Positions 12,464 to 25,413 are shown, counted from the stretch's first letter. The stretch is 64,000 nt of DNA from Felis catus (GCF_018350175.1 NC_058368.1:54500001-54564000), one strand, 5' to 3'. Notes: generated by a model not told the origin, from the sequence alone. Program-made: numbers and translations.

Positions 12464-13245
12464 AAAAAGGAGAATTTGACATACTGAAATTCCAATTCCA
12501 GGGGAAACCAGAAAAAAAGCAGATGCATAAACAAATAATGTCTTATAATTTAGCCTCGTGTTTCTGACACATTTGGCGGCAAGTTTCTAAAAGAAAGTTA
12601 AATATTAAAGACACAAAAAATGACAGAAGAAAAGTTAACATTCAAAGAAATACTTTAAATATGGCTGGTCTTAACATGTAACAGGCATACTGAAGTGAAT
12701 TTGACCTTCTTGGCAATTTGTAACAAAAGATGAATACTTTCATAAAAAAAAAAAAAAAACTAAATGATAAACATTATTCTTCCTGGACTCTTCTTTGTCC
12801 TTGATCTATCATTTTCAACAATGAATGATGTATTCATATATTTTTACTGAAAGCCTTTCCTTGATTCTTCTGAAGACCTGGTCTCCTTTGTGTTCAAAGG
12901 AAAACTAATGGAATGGAACTGATTCGCTTTGTAAAATAGCTCAAATATAGTTGGGTAAGTGCATGTGTAATCTCACTTCATTATAACCTTTATGACTTTG
13001 ATTTATCTATCTCATAACCCATGGAAAATATAATTTTTGTTTTCTTGATTAATAATATCTTTTCTGAAAAAAGATATATTCCAAATGATAAAATTAAAGA
13101 TGTGTTTGTTTTTAAAAACTATTTCTGTTCAAAGCTTAGTCTTCCCGTTACCTACCAACACTGTTTATACTAACAACTGATGAGTCTCCTGTTAAAGTCT
13201 CCTTACTAAATCTGGGTTTTAAAACTTCTCCAAAAGACATTTAGT

Positions 13246-13246
<1 letters not shown>

Positions 13247-13292
<46 letters not shown>
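13247..13292 (+). repeat. (TATC)11 tetranucleotide STR
   Basis: Perfect tatc array. Confidence 0.97.
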
Positions 13293-13869
13293 GCACTTGT
13301 AGTAGGCCTGGGAATATAGTCAGTAATTCTGGTATTCCTTAAGAAGCCTCTGTAGTTTGGTGAATCAGCCATTTAGAACACTGTATAAGGAACACAAAAG
13401 TAAACCAAGAATACAGCACTGTGGAATATCACATGATAAAGAATGGTATCTCTGGGACTTTCACAACCTACTACTTGTGATCTAAACTTCAACGCTGAAT
13501 TTTAGAAGAAGCCTAATGGTGAGTTTTAGCTAAAATTTCAAAGAGGGCCGGTGAGCAAAAAATTTTGTTTCGTTGCCAATGAAGTCATAGGCTGTCTGCC
13601 TTCCTTTTTAGTCAGCTTGTCCAACAAGTTGATGTTGTAGGGAATTTGGGGTGCCCTTGATGACACAGGTGCTACCTAAAGTCAAACGGCTCTTAAATTT
13701 AAGAACTAAGGTATGAATCCAGGCCTCCTAACTCCAGTTCTACAGCCAAAATATATACTAAAGGGCTTAAATAACTAATCCTTTTTAAGAGAGTTAAGTA
13801 AATTTGGGTTTGATTTAATAATCAAGAAAGTACCCGAGTGTGGTTCCATCAGAGAAGGAACACTCCTTT

Positions 13870-13877
13870 TGACGTCA
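13870..13877. promoter_or_regulatory. Full palindromic CRE motif TGACGTCA (function unknown)
   Basis: Exact 8-bp CREB/ATF consensus with its CpG intact, in apparently unique sequence. Motif only. Confidence 0.25.
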
Positions 13878-15674
13878 GTGGAAACAGGACTTTATCCTGA
13901 ATTCAGGGTAGGGCTCCAAATGGACATTCCTATTGCTTGATCATATTTCTTAGTAATTTCGTAATATTTACAGATAGAATGCCAAAAAAAGTTAAGTGTG
14001 TGTTAATCAGTTCCTAAAACGATTAGACCTTAACTTTAAGTATTAAGCCTTTGCTTATCTTGTCAAAACCTTCAGTTTTGTTGGAATCCTAATTACTAAC
14101 CTATTCCCCTGTGCAGATGGTCATGGGGAGGAAGTTCTTCCTCCCTTGACCAAAGTAATTTATTAGTTTGTTGACAGATTACACAAGGCTGAGTTCTCTG
14201 CTTATCACAGTTAATGTCTTGAATACGCTTGAAGAGTGTGTATATTGTACTTGTAAGGTCATCGTGTTACCACAAGCTCCAGCCTGTTTGTTTGAACAAG
14301 GGTAAGAACATATACACAGATCATTCAGTAAACTTATTAGTTAGAGGCATGGTGGTTAACAAAGTTAAACATTCTATCTACATAGTACCTGAGGAAAAGA
14401 TCTCAAAATTCCTAGCCTGTCTTCACATTCTAATACCAACACAAATTTTATATAAACTTATTTATCTGCCCTTCATTTTACATACAAGCAAATAGTTTAT
14501 ATACATGCAAATGTCATTATTATCTGTATCACAATAGATTTAATTCATGCAGAATTATTTCTTAGAATTAAGAAGTGAAAAGATATTGGTACCATCACAT
14601 TTATTACTCATGAAATGTCTTTCATTTTTTCACATTATATATAATATTTTAGTTCAAAAGTATGAATTGATGAGTTTCCTAAAGTAACAACCTATTACGA
14701 GTATTTACTTTTATATGTCCTAAATCAGTTAATATTTCTGAGGCCTTTCATATAATTTTAACATTTGAGATTCAATATTCAGTCTAATCATGCCTCTTTT
14801 CATTAAATTTAAGAAAAGCAAAAAGGATAAAAAAAAATCCTTCTGATAGTCACACGGATTCAAATCAAAATTCAATTACTGATTGATGTTGTTCCAAAAA
14901 AAAATTAATTAAGCAGTCTGCCCATAACTCAAGAATAATAGAGTTGTGAAGACATAATGTAACAAATGGAAAAAAAATGAATGATAATTTGTATCGAGGA
15001 AATGTTTCAAGATGAAAAAGTATTAATTTTCCTACTTCCTTATTTTGTTTTCCAAATGCAAAAAATTATAACTCACTGATAGCCAAGGCTCATTGAAAAT
15101 GGCAAGTTATAATTTGCCAGTGACTGAGGTAGCAGAAGCAATTTCTTCTCCCTTTGGTTGAACAATTGCCTACTTTTGAAGGACCATTTGGTCTACAAGA
15201 CATTAAGGGATTGAATCAGTGACAAAAGGTAGAGAGTTTCCTATGCATCTGCCTTAGGATTCTTCATCTAGTGTCAGTACATTCCTGGGACTCTTGTCAC
15301 GTGTTCATCCTTTTTTCACTTTCTATTTTTCTGTATTCACTAAGAACAAGTCTTGCTTTATAGTTCAGTATTTTAAAATTATTTCAATTCATTACCATGA
15401 AGAAAGTTATATATTTTTATATTATTTAAATTTTTTAATATCAAACTTTTGAATTTCTTATTTACTTCTTTTGTATTATACCTTTACTTTAAATCTTCCA
15501 TATGGAAAATTCATATTCTTTTTACTCTTTATAACTTTATCTTGTTATATTTATTCTACATTATTAAATTTATTCAATTACTTCTTTGTCCACTATCTTA
15601 TTATTTACCTTTCTTTTCATATCTTTTTCTTCAAAACATGTAGTATCCTATTTGATTATTTAATTTTCTTTTAA

Positions 15675-15732
15675 TTTCTTAATTTTTCTCTTATTTGAGA
15701 AAAAAAGAGCACAGGAGTAGAGGAGGAGGCAA

Positions 15733-15788
<56 letters not shown>

Positions 15789-15899
15789 CTTAAGCAGGCT
15801 CCATGCTCAGCACGGATCCCAACACAGGGATGGCGAAATCATGACCTGAGCCAAAATCAAGAGTCAGACACTTAACTAACTGAGCCACCCAGGCATGCT
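15675..15899 (-). mobile_element. Can-SINE with expanded (GA)n tract
   Basis: Ends 'tgagccacccaggcatgc'; about 26 GA units at 15735-15786. Confidence 0.92.
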
Positions 15900-17572
15900 T
15901 ACCATTTTGAGAATGGCCATGGCAGTGTTGTAGCAGCAGAAAGTCATATGGAACATTTGTTTATTCGTTCAGAAAAAAAAATCACATGACCACAAGATCC
16001 TAGGTACACTAACCAGGACATATATTGATTATTGAATAATAATTTCCTCAAGCTTTGGAGTTTATATCATCACCATAAAATAATATGGATTTGGCATAGT
16101 TTCTCAGGCATTTCTTGGAGATTGAATGTCCCCATAATACCAAACAAGAGATTGTTCTCTCGGGCCTACCTGAGTGCGGGTGATGCACACAGAGCATCCC
16201 CCTGATTCTCTCCTGACAAGAGAACAGATGTTCAAGGGCACCCTTGCAGGGCCATAGATAAGCCTGCTGATGAATGCACTCTTGCCAACTTGTGTTGCTT
16301 TTCTGAGGACCCTCCACGGTTAATCTCTTAGGGTTTTCTGCTTGGGAGTAGTTGTCTTTCTGAATAATTCTTTTTACTATATGTGCATTTGTGAATGACA
16401 AAGCTGACCATATTTTCTATTTTGCTTTGACTGTTGAAATAGTCACAGTCAGATTTGTGGCTCACTTCTTGCAATTTTGTGGCAGGGGTTTATAGGATAA
16501 ACCTGATGTACTAAAATTCACCTTTGGCTGTCTCTTTCCTTTTCTTATCCTTATATCCAATTTGCCCTGATTTCTTTAGTAATTAGTATCCTTTGTGTTG
16601 TTTTTCCTCTTCTTTGCATTTGGAAAGGTGCTTTAAATTACTTTTAAGAGTGAACACAGCCTTTTTTATACTATAAAAAGTTTTTAACAGATTGTGTATT
16701 TTTTAACAGAAACTATGCTCCATCTGCCTCTGTTGGCACTCAGTAGTATACTACCTGATACAAAAAAAGGTGTGAATTCTAGCTTAATTGATTCCAGAGC
16801 AGTTTTATGTTTTTATCATCATATAGAAACCAAGTGTTTAGAATTCATATACACCATCATTTCTGATTTTAAAAAATCATGCAATGAGCATTGTTTCTAG
16901 AGTTGCCTTCATTGGGCTGGTGTTCTCAGGACAATAGCTTCAACAGCTTCTGGTTCCTATTCCTCTACCCCCTCTAATAGCTCAAGATCCGCTAATCCAA
17001 GGCATTTTCTTTCACCAATTGACATTCACAAACTTTTTGCCCACTTAGTGTCGTGAGGTTTCCCTATAGTTTTCTCTGTTATCTTGGAAAAAATGTTAAG
17101 TATTTTTCCTAAGACTAAACATTTCTTAGGGATATGTATAATGAGGAGCAGACCTCTGTAAAGTTATGGAGAGGAACAAAAAGAGGGAGTTTTTGAGGGA
17201 AATCTACAACAAACTACTTAAGCAGCAATGAATTGGAACTATTCTTATAGAGGAAAATATCTTTATTATCCTGTATATCCTAAATGTAGTGCTGTATCTG
17301 GGGAGAGATTTGATTAGGACTAAAGGCCAAATTCTTCAGGAAATATCTGGAATATAACCTCTTGTTGTCTCTCACCCTGAGGATATAGGGAAATTATTCA
17401 CATATGCTCAGTACGGTAAGAAGATTCCTTTCTTCCTGTGCACAGCAAAACGAGCTGCTGTTGAGGGCACAAACCAGAGAGCTCTTGCGAATGAGCAGAT
17501 TAACACTTGTTTCAAAGGAAGGAGTTAGACATATATCTGTATTCTTTAGAGTGTCTTTTAAATTGAACTTTA

Positions 17573-17647
17573 TTATTTGTTTAAAATTTTTAACGTTTAT
17601 TTACTTCTGAGAGACAGAAAGAGACAGAGCACTATCAGGAGAGGGGC

Positions 17648-17680
<33 letters not shown>

Positions 17681-17687
17681 GAGGGAG
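17573..17687 (-). mobile_element. 5'-truncated Can-SINE (tail plus CT tract only)
   Basis: 'aacgtttatttacttctgagagacagaaagagacagagc..ggggcagagagag' flanked by a 13-bp TSD aaatt(g/t)aacttta at 17560-17572 and 17688-17700. Confidence 0.88.
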
Positions 17688-18572
17688 AAATTTAACTTTA
17701 AATGCAACGCATCCATGTTGACAACAATGTGAAATGTTATGTGAATTTGCCTGAGAGCTCTCAGAACTTCAGATGGAGGGGTATAGAAGGTAAATTACTG
17801 TATTGCGTTTTTTTATATGAAGCTGGATAGTATATTCCAGAAAGAGGAGTTATAGGCCTACAGACATTCCTTTAATTCTGCGAAGAATACAATAGTTGCC
17901 AAGAGGCAACTGCACAACAAAATCATCATTTATCAAAGATTATTTACATAATAATTTGAATGTGTTAGGGAAATTTAAGTAATATTAAAAACAACAATGT
18001 ACAAACTTTTAAACATAGGAAATTCCACTCTGGATTTTAATTCACATCAGTTTAAATATAGTCACCATAAATCATTTTATCCTAAAATTATTTTCTTTCA
18101 GCAATAAACATGATATTCTCCACTGTAAGCAGATATTTCTTTGGGATCCAATTAAATGTCTAAAATGTGACATTACTCTCCTAACTACACAAATTATCTA
18201 TTTTTGAATGTCTGGTCTATTTAGCCACATTTGGCCTTTACTATAGATTACTGATGAAATAATTAATTTAATACCATCATGGAAATATAGCTTGAGTGCT
18301 GTCCATCAGATGCTTGCATTTGTATTTGCTAATGTGAGACACCTATCTCTCCATCCTCTCTGTCATCCTTATATATACTGAAGACCAAACTCTAGAGGTA
18401 TATGGTGGGTGCTGACTAGAGCCCCACTTCTCCCTTCCATGACCACACTGACAGCTTCGACATGACAATCTACAATGCAGTCTGTCAGCGTTGCCCTTTA
18501 TCTTTATGTATGCCAAATACCAAACAGAGCAAATTTTCTTGGTTGCCCTTGTTACCTGGGTTTCATTCACAA

Positions 18573-18698
<126 letters not shown>

Positions 18699-19689
18699 CA
18701 CTTATACATTCACACAAACATATATGATTTTACCTACAACAGGGCTGAAATAGTCACTATGTGGCAATGGCCAACTTTACAGGGATTTTTAATGTTGCCA
18801 AGATAGTGATTCTAAGAATAATATGTTGGGAAAAATTCCAGTTGCCTGTTAACCATTGGTTTGTTGATATTGAGAACAGGTACCACTAAAACCAGTTATT
18901 TTTATACAATCCATTTTTACAGGCTTGCAAAGAACTTCTTGCCCATAGGATGCTTTTCTCAGGGTGAACCTAGGGAACATCACAAATTTGGATATGTATC
19001 ATAGAATCCTGAGTATGAGTTTGAATAATTTTAGAGATAAGTTTTGCTTATCTATAAATTACCAAACTAAATAGAAGAAAAGTTTCTTTTTTTTTTAGCA
19101 GGCCATTTTTGAAATTTATTATAAATTTTCCTCTAGTGAAACTATATTCTTTTTCTCTGAAAGCCTTTAGTTTGTCAGTGGATGATTTTTAGCTGTATGG
19201 AATAAAATAAAAATGATTTTTCCACATATGCATAAGATTGTAACCATATGCACCCAATAGTGCAGTTTCTACTATGGGTTATATTACACCAAAATAAATG
19301 ACAAAATTTCTGCCTGGAAAGCCAATATTACAGGGGAATAAGTGATGTAATAAAAATAACCAGAGTGTTGTCTGTTAACTTTAATTGGAATGTAGTTTCT
19401 TTCACTGCAGTTTCCAGAATAAGATTGTTTAATATATATTAAGCAAAATAAAGGAAATTCATATATTAAACAAGTTCAATAATTTAAAAATGTACTATTT
19501 GCATTTTATAAACTTTGCCTTCCCCCTTTTTTGTGTAAGCATTATTTTAATAGAAATTAAGTAGAAACTATGATTAATTAGCATTGGTTAATGATATTTG
19601 TGACCCAGAGTAAATTTTAAGGCTCTCCTCCTTACTCTTTCACGTAAGCAGTTTTATGTACCAAGATTCACCTTAAAAATTAACTTTTA

Positions 19690-19909
19690 GGGGCGCCTGG
19701 GTGGCGCAGTCGGTTAAGCGTCCGACTTCAGCCAGGTCACGATCTCGCGGTCCGTGAGTTCGAGCCCCGCGTCAGGCTCTGGGCTGATGGCTCGGAGCCT
19801 GGAGCCTGTTTCCGATTCTGTGTCTCCCTCTCTCTCTGCCCCTCGCCCGTTCATGCTCTGTCTCTCTCTGTCCCAAAAATAAATAAACGTTGAAAAAAAA
19901 ATTAAAAAA
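19690..19909 (+). mobile_element. Young feline SINE (SINEC_Fc-like), CpGs intact
   Basis: 'ggggcgcctgggtggcgcagtcggttaagcgtccgacttcagccaggtcacgatctcgcgg..'; Pol III A box at 19702-19713 and B box gttcgagcc at 19758-19766; TT|AAAAA endonuclease site at the outer TSD. Confidence 0.98.
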
Positions 19910-19971
19910 AAAAAGTTTAATCTCAAGGCAAATCTTATACTTGTAACCAGTTTATGTAAAAGTTAATTTTT

Positions 19972-20179
19972 TTTTCCAACGTTTATTTATTTTTGGGACA
20001 GAGAGAGACAGAGCATGAATGGGGGAGGGGCAGAGAGAGAGGGAGACACAGAATTGGAAACAGGCTCCAGGCTCTGAGCCATCAGCCCAGAGCCCGACGC
20101 GGGGCTCGAACTCCCGGACCGCGAGATCGTGACCTGGCTGAAGTCGGACGCTTAACCGACTGCGCCACCCAGGCGCCCC
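19972..20179 (-). mobile_element. Young feline SINE (SINEC_Fc-like), inverted partner of 19690-19909
   Basis: Its reverse complement differs from the + copy at 7 positions over ~203 nt by manual alignment; the first 65 nt are identical. Confidence 0.98.
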
Positions 20180-20780
20180 GAGATTAAACTTTTTAAGAAG
20201 AGCTTTTCTAATACAGTGTTTGAAAACTATTAGTGTTAGAAGAGAATATCCTTTCCTTAACTCTGGTTTTCTTGAGGAAGCATTTTCCCTTAACACGCCG
20301 TTGGCACCTTCCCACCCCTACTACTATCCTGAAGTTCTCTCAGTGATCAGAGTTACGTAGCTGATGGATGCCAAAACTGGTTCACAGCCCTCACTGAGAT
20401 GAGTTAAACTCTCAGAAGTCCAGTGCATGGGACTAGATCATATTACTGCTTCTTCCTCCATTCAGACTATGGACACAAATAAATCCAAAGACTTAAAACT
20501 TTCAGTAGCGGGACGCTCCAAAGTTCAGGCTGGGGACAGTGTTCTCGGTCTATGTTGTTTGGCTCTCATGACAGCTATGCAACAAATGGGATACTGTGGG
20601 CTTCTGTATTTGTTTTGTGTTTTTTTTTCTTAAATTGATCAGCATCTGGACTGAGAAGTAGATTGATGGTTGGTAAAATAATCCCAATTGATTAAATAGC
20701 CATCAAGTGTTTTCTCCACTATATAGAGAAAATAGTTTGCTACTAACTAGTGATTGATTACCAGGAGTCATGCTGTGTTT

Positions 20781-21002
20781 TTTTTTTTAATTTATTTAAT
20801 GTTTATTTATTTTTAAAGGAGAGAGAGACAAAGCACAAGGGGGGGGGGCAGAGAGAGAGACACACACACACAGAATCTGAAGCAGGCGCCAGGCTCTGAG
20901 CTGTCGGCACAGAGCCGGATGTGGGGCTGGAACCCACAAGCTGTGAGATCAGGACTTGAGCTGAAGTCAGATGCTCAATTGACTGAGCCACCAAGGCGCC
21001 CC
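20781..21002 (-). mobile_element. Can-SINE
   Basis: Full length; degraded TSD gagtcatgctgtgtttt / gagtcttgctctatttt. Confidence 0.95.
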
Positions 21003-21024
21003 AGAGTCTTGCTCTATTTTATGT

Positions 21025-21208
21025 GGTTTTCACATACCTTGTCTTTTAAATTCTCTACACTCTAACATAGTTGCTATTCTTATGCTTATTTTATTGATGA
21101 GGAAACTGAGACCTAAAGATGTTAGTTACTTGCCAAAGGGTAAAAAGTAATAACTGGAAGAATCATGACTCAAATTTACAGTTCTGTTTGATTTTAAAGA
21201 CTATCTTT
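21025..21208 (-). mobile_element. MIR
   Basis: 'attttattgatgaggaaactgagacctaaagatgttagttacttgccaaagg' is the reverse MIR core. Confidence 0.85.
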
Positions 21209-21570
21209 TTATTTTTAAATTACAAGACATTTAATGTGGAAAACATAACATAGCATGGCATGATTAAATTAACATTAAAAACCATGAAATTTTTCTGTTT
21301 TGAGAAAAATCCCATATTAAAAAAAGAGAAAGAAAAGAAACAGGTGCCTACAGTTCAACCATCTTCTATCTTATCCTTCCCTTTCAATATCCCACGTTTG
21401 ATCAATCCAGTGCTAAAAAGTTGTTATCTCCTCAGAGCTTTCTTCTTGCTCTTATAGAACTTATATACACACATAGATAATTTGGGTTTTTAATTTATGC
21501 ATTAATAATAATCTACAAATTACTATAAAACTTTTTCATGAACTACTTGCCATGTATCAAATTCTATTTT

Positions 21571-21784
21571 TATTTTAATTTAATTTTAAAAATCTATTTT
21601 TTTAGAAAGAGAGAGAGAGAGCACGCACACACAAGCTGGGTGGGAGGGGCAGACAGAGCGAAATTTCAAGCAGGCTCCAAGCTGAGAGTGCTTGACACAG
21701 AGCTTGATCCCATGATTCTGGGATCATGACACGAGCTGAAATCAAGAGTCAGACACTTATCCAACTAAGCCACCCAGGTGCCCC
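21571..21784 (-). mobile_element. Can-SINE (diverged)
   Basis: Ends 'aagccacccaggtgcccc'; GA tract and T-rich tail. Confidence 0.92.
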
Positions 21785-22494
21785 TTAAATTGGATTTTTA
21801 AGTTAACTTTTTCATATTTATTACTTTACCTAAATTAGATGTCATACATGGTTGACTATGTTTAAAGTTTTATTTTTCTCTTTACTTCCCTCTGTCCCCT
21901 CTTTGTCCTTATGCCATTGCATACAACAACCCCACTACCTACGTAATCCTAACAAAGACTGGCTGTACTTAAGTACTCTTCTACATGCTTATGTATTTAT
22001 ATAAAATATGTAGATTTATAACTTGATTTTAGATAAATCAGGTTATAAGAACTCAACTTTACAAGGAGTTTCATTTACTACCCCTATTTGTCTTGCAAAG
22101 TTTTCTTATGATTTAAAAGGCTTCTTAAGGATTTCCTTTGCTTTAGGAACAGATGGGCACCATCACATGAGAGCCACCCACACAAAGTTTTATAGTTAAT
22201 GCATTTTGTGGCAAGTTTTCCATTTGACGTCTCCCAGTTTATAAACTCGTAGCAGTAACGATATTGTGCAGCATGAATCCCATGATGTCGTTCCTTTTGT
22301 TGATTATGGTATCACAATTTCATGGGTTTCTTTAGTCTTTACTCTTTTACTTTTTTCATAAGTGTAGAATTACATGAACTATTTATAGACACACACATAT
22401 TTTGCTTATAAGTATGGTTGAAAATGCAAAATAGTTACAAAAACTTTAAGGAGAAAAGTTAACAAAATAGTAGAATGATTAACTAAAGGATTTA

Positions 22495-23690
22495 TAGGAT
22501 TATTCAGATTTTCTCTTGGCTTTCAGTTGTGTAAGTTGTATTTTTCCAGTGATTTGTCTATTTCAAATTTAGCATATAATAGTTTATAACATTCTCTCAT
22601 TACCTTTAAGTGTCTGATGTCTTTATATTGGCTAGTTGTGACTTGTCTTTTTTTAAAGTTTTCTCTGTAAGTCTTGCCAGAGATTTAGCACTTTTATTAT
22701 GTTCCACGAAAGAGTTTTTGCTCTCTTGATGCTCTTTATGTTTATTAATATCTGCTCTTATGTTATTACTTTCCTCATTTTTTCATTTTATTTTATTGTT
22801 CATTCTATAGTATATTCAATAGGTGCTCAATACTTTAGTGTTAGCCTTTCTTCTTTCCTAGTGTTTGCATTTAAAAATGTAAGCGTTCCTCTAAGTACTG
22901 CTTCGGCACATCAAAAAAATTTTGGTATATAGTTATTTTATTGTCATTTATTTCAAAACTTTATTGTTTTCTACTATTATTTTTTATAGGTAGATTACTT
23001 AGAAAACTACTTTTATATTCAATAAATATAGGCGATTGCTAATATATTTTTGCTTATGATTTCAAATATAATGAATTATGGTTAGAAAAAATCTATATCA
23101 TTTCAATCTTCTGGCATTTTTGTAAGATTTACTTTATTGTCTACCATATGGTCATTATTTTTAGCCAGTAATTGCAAATGTTTATTGCATGTGTGCCTGA
23201 AAATAATGCTATGCTGTATTTTTGATGGCAAACATTCTGCATATGCCCAGGAGTATGCTTTAAAAATATATTGTTCAAACTTCTATATCTTTATTAGTTG
23301 TTTATGTAATCAAGCAATTATTTAGTAAGATTTTTCTCTGTTATTGTGGATTTGTCTATCTCTCCTTCTAGTTTTATTAAATTAATAATAACTATTAAAT
23401 TAATAAAGCTATTAAATTAACAGCATCTATAGTTTAAATCCATATTATCATTATTTATAGTTATTACACATTCCAGGGAAATTGGAAAAGAATACCATTA
23501 CTAAGTGGCCCTTTTAATTTTAAGTAAAAATGTGCTTTAAAGCCTACTTTGTAAAATTGCAACAAAGCTCTACCAGCTTTCTTATTTGCTACTCTCTGCT
23601 ATAATTTTCTACTTCTTTATATTCAAATTTTCCACATCTTTACATTTTAGAATGTTTCTGGGTAAACAATATAAAGCTGTGGCTCTTCTT
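22495..23690 (-). mobile_element. Old L1 (L1ME-like) ORF2 fragment, highly decayed
   Basis: T-rich antisense L1 motifs: 'tattcagattttct..gtaagttgtatttttccagtgatttgtctatttc', 'ttcctctaagtactgctt', 'ttgtggatttgtctatctctccttctagttttattaa', 'aagctctaccagctttctt'. Confidence 0.75.
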
Positions 23691-24159
23691 TTGCTGCTGC
23701 TGTTGTTTTTTAGTAATATTCAATTGAATAAATGACAAAAATCAATCCGCTGTATGGAAATGGACAAGGTATGTAATAGGTGAGTGTTTGCTGCAGCAAT
23801 GGGTTCTTTGTATGTATCATTGTAGCTGCTTTTTTCTTCTTCTGTAGCTGCTGTGAGGTTTCCCAAACACCACATACTGTAGAGTGTATCTGAATACACT
23901 CAACGCTAATGATGAACAACTAAATGTGAGCACACGGTTTTGAAATCCGTTCGGTGTTCTCTGGGTGAGTATTTTGTTAAGGTGCTTGCTTAAAAAGCTG
24001 AGTTACACGAAGTCTAGACAGATTATGAAGGAATCAAGTAAATGATCATATTTATTCTTAAGGTTTAGAACACATTCTGTGAGCGGCAGTGTTTTCTCAC
24101 ATTTTTCTATACCTCAAAATGCATTTACCAACTACATGTATAAGAAATGCAACTGGGAA

Positions 24160-24379
24160 GGGTGCCTGGGTGGATCAGTTGGTTAAGCGTCCAACTTTGG
24201 CTCAGGTCATGATCTCACCACTCGTGAGTGTGAACCCAGCATCGGGCTCTATGCTGACAGCTCAGAGCCTGGAGCCTGCTTCGGATTCTGTGTCTCCCTC
24301 TCTCTCTGGCCCTCCCCGCTCATGCTCTGCTTCTCTCTGTCTCTCAAAGATGAATAAACGTTAAAAAAATTTTTTAAAA
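24160..24379 (+). mobile_element. Can-SINE
   Basis: Full length; perfect 18-bp TSD aagaaatgcaactgggaa at 24142-24159 and 24380-24397. Confidence 0.97.
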
Positions 24380-25413
24380 AAGAAATGCAACTGGGAAGAT
24401 ATTCAGACATGGAAAGTCTGGAAAAAATAGTAATATAAACAGATCAACTAGATCATTTGATCATTTAGCTTATTTTACTTATTTTCATATTTTAAATACA
24501 TATTCCATATTTGTTCATTTAACTATTCTTAACATGTGGAACAGGAAATTAAACCATTTGTAGAAAACTCCATGTTTGAGGAAGGTAGTGAAGTTTTGAT
24601 GTCCTTCTCCACTTTCTGGAGGAAACCACTCTGAAAGACCTCTGGTTTTAGAAAGAAGTCATATCTGAAAATAAATTATTAGGCTGAGTTTTCTTATGAA
24701 TCTTTCTTTGCTGCTTGGATGACATTTTAACCAGACTATTGATATATTTCATTATAGTAAATTATGTTAAAGATGCAATTAAGCATCCAAGTTATCTGAG
24801 ATTATGGTTAAAAGCAGATTAAACATTCCTCACTCTGAAAAGCACACTAGTTATATGAACATGATAATTTTATGAGGGAATTGTGAATGTGAAGGGAATT
24901 TTTTTTCTCATCATAAGCAGTAGTTACTTCCAGCCTAAATCATAAATGATACTCAGAATGCGATATTTTGAAGAGAAAAGTGTAATTAGAGAATATGCCT
25001 CATGTGATTATTGATCCTCCTTAGAAATGCTGGGTTGAGATGAAAATATAGTAAGTATTAACATGGCCTTTATTATTTCAGGGCATCTAATTATCTGACT
25101 GACCCAGATAGGGCCCCAATATCCTTTTGGAGGAAACATAGTAAGGAGATAGATTTAATGATTCTATAGCTCAATACAAATCTTAACAGATCACATTTAA
25201 TCATTAAAAATAAAATGAATACATTATTTGGATGCAGCTAATGAGGAGACTGGAAAATGCAGAGCAGATAAAAGAGAACAGTCACAACATTCAGGTTGGT
25301 AAAGAGATGGAGACAAAGGGATCAGGAAATTAGCACGAAAACACAATTTGTCGAAAATTCATGGAAACCTTTAGAGGCTATTGGCTATTCCATAAAACTA
25401 GCCTTGGGGGCTT

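Noticed and set aside
16048..16520. 117-aa - strand ORF in a GC-richer segment; possible exon or old LTR
   Set aside because: No recognisable protein motif or convincing splice pair, and I could not assign a repeat family. Unresolved without a Dfam or BLAST search.
19690..19770. tRNA-like sequence with A and B boxes (also at all other SINE heads)
   Set aside because: This is the tRNA-derived head of Can-SINE, followed by the SINE body, CT tract and poly(A); it is not a tRNA gene. The recurring 'AQSVK..TSAQVMIS..' ORFs are SINE translations.
19690..20179. CpG-island-like density
   Set aside because: Fully explained by two young SINEs whose CpGs have not yet decayed.
23376..23424. Three ~17-bp units starting tattaaattaa; similar small duplications at 31252-31272 and 43314-43341
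   Set aside because: Ordinary short slippage duplications inside old repeats.
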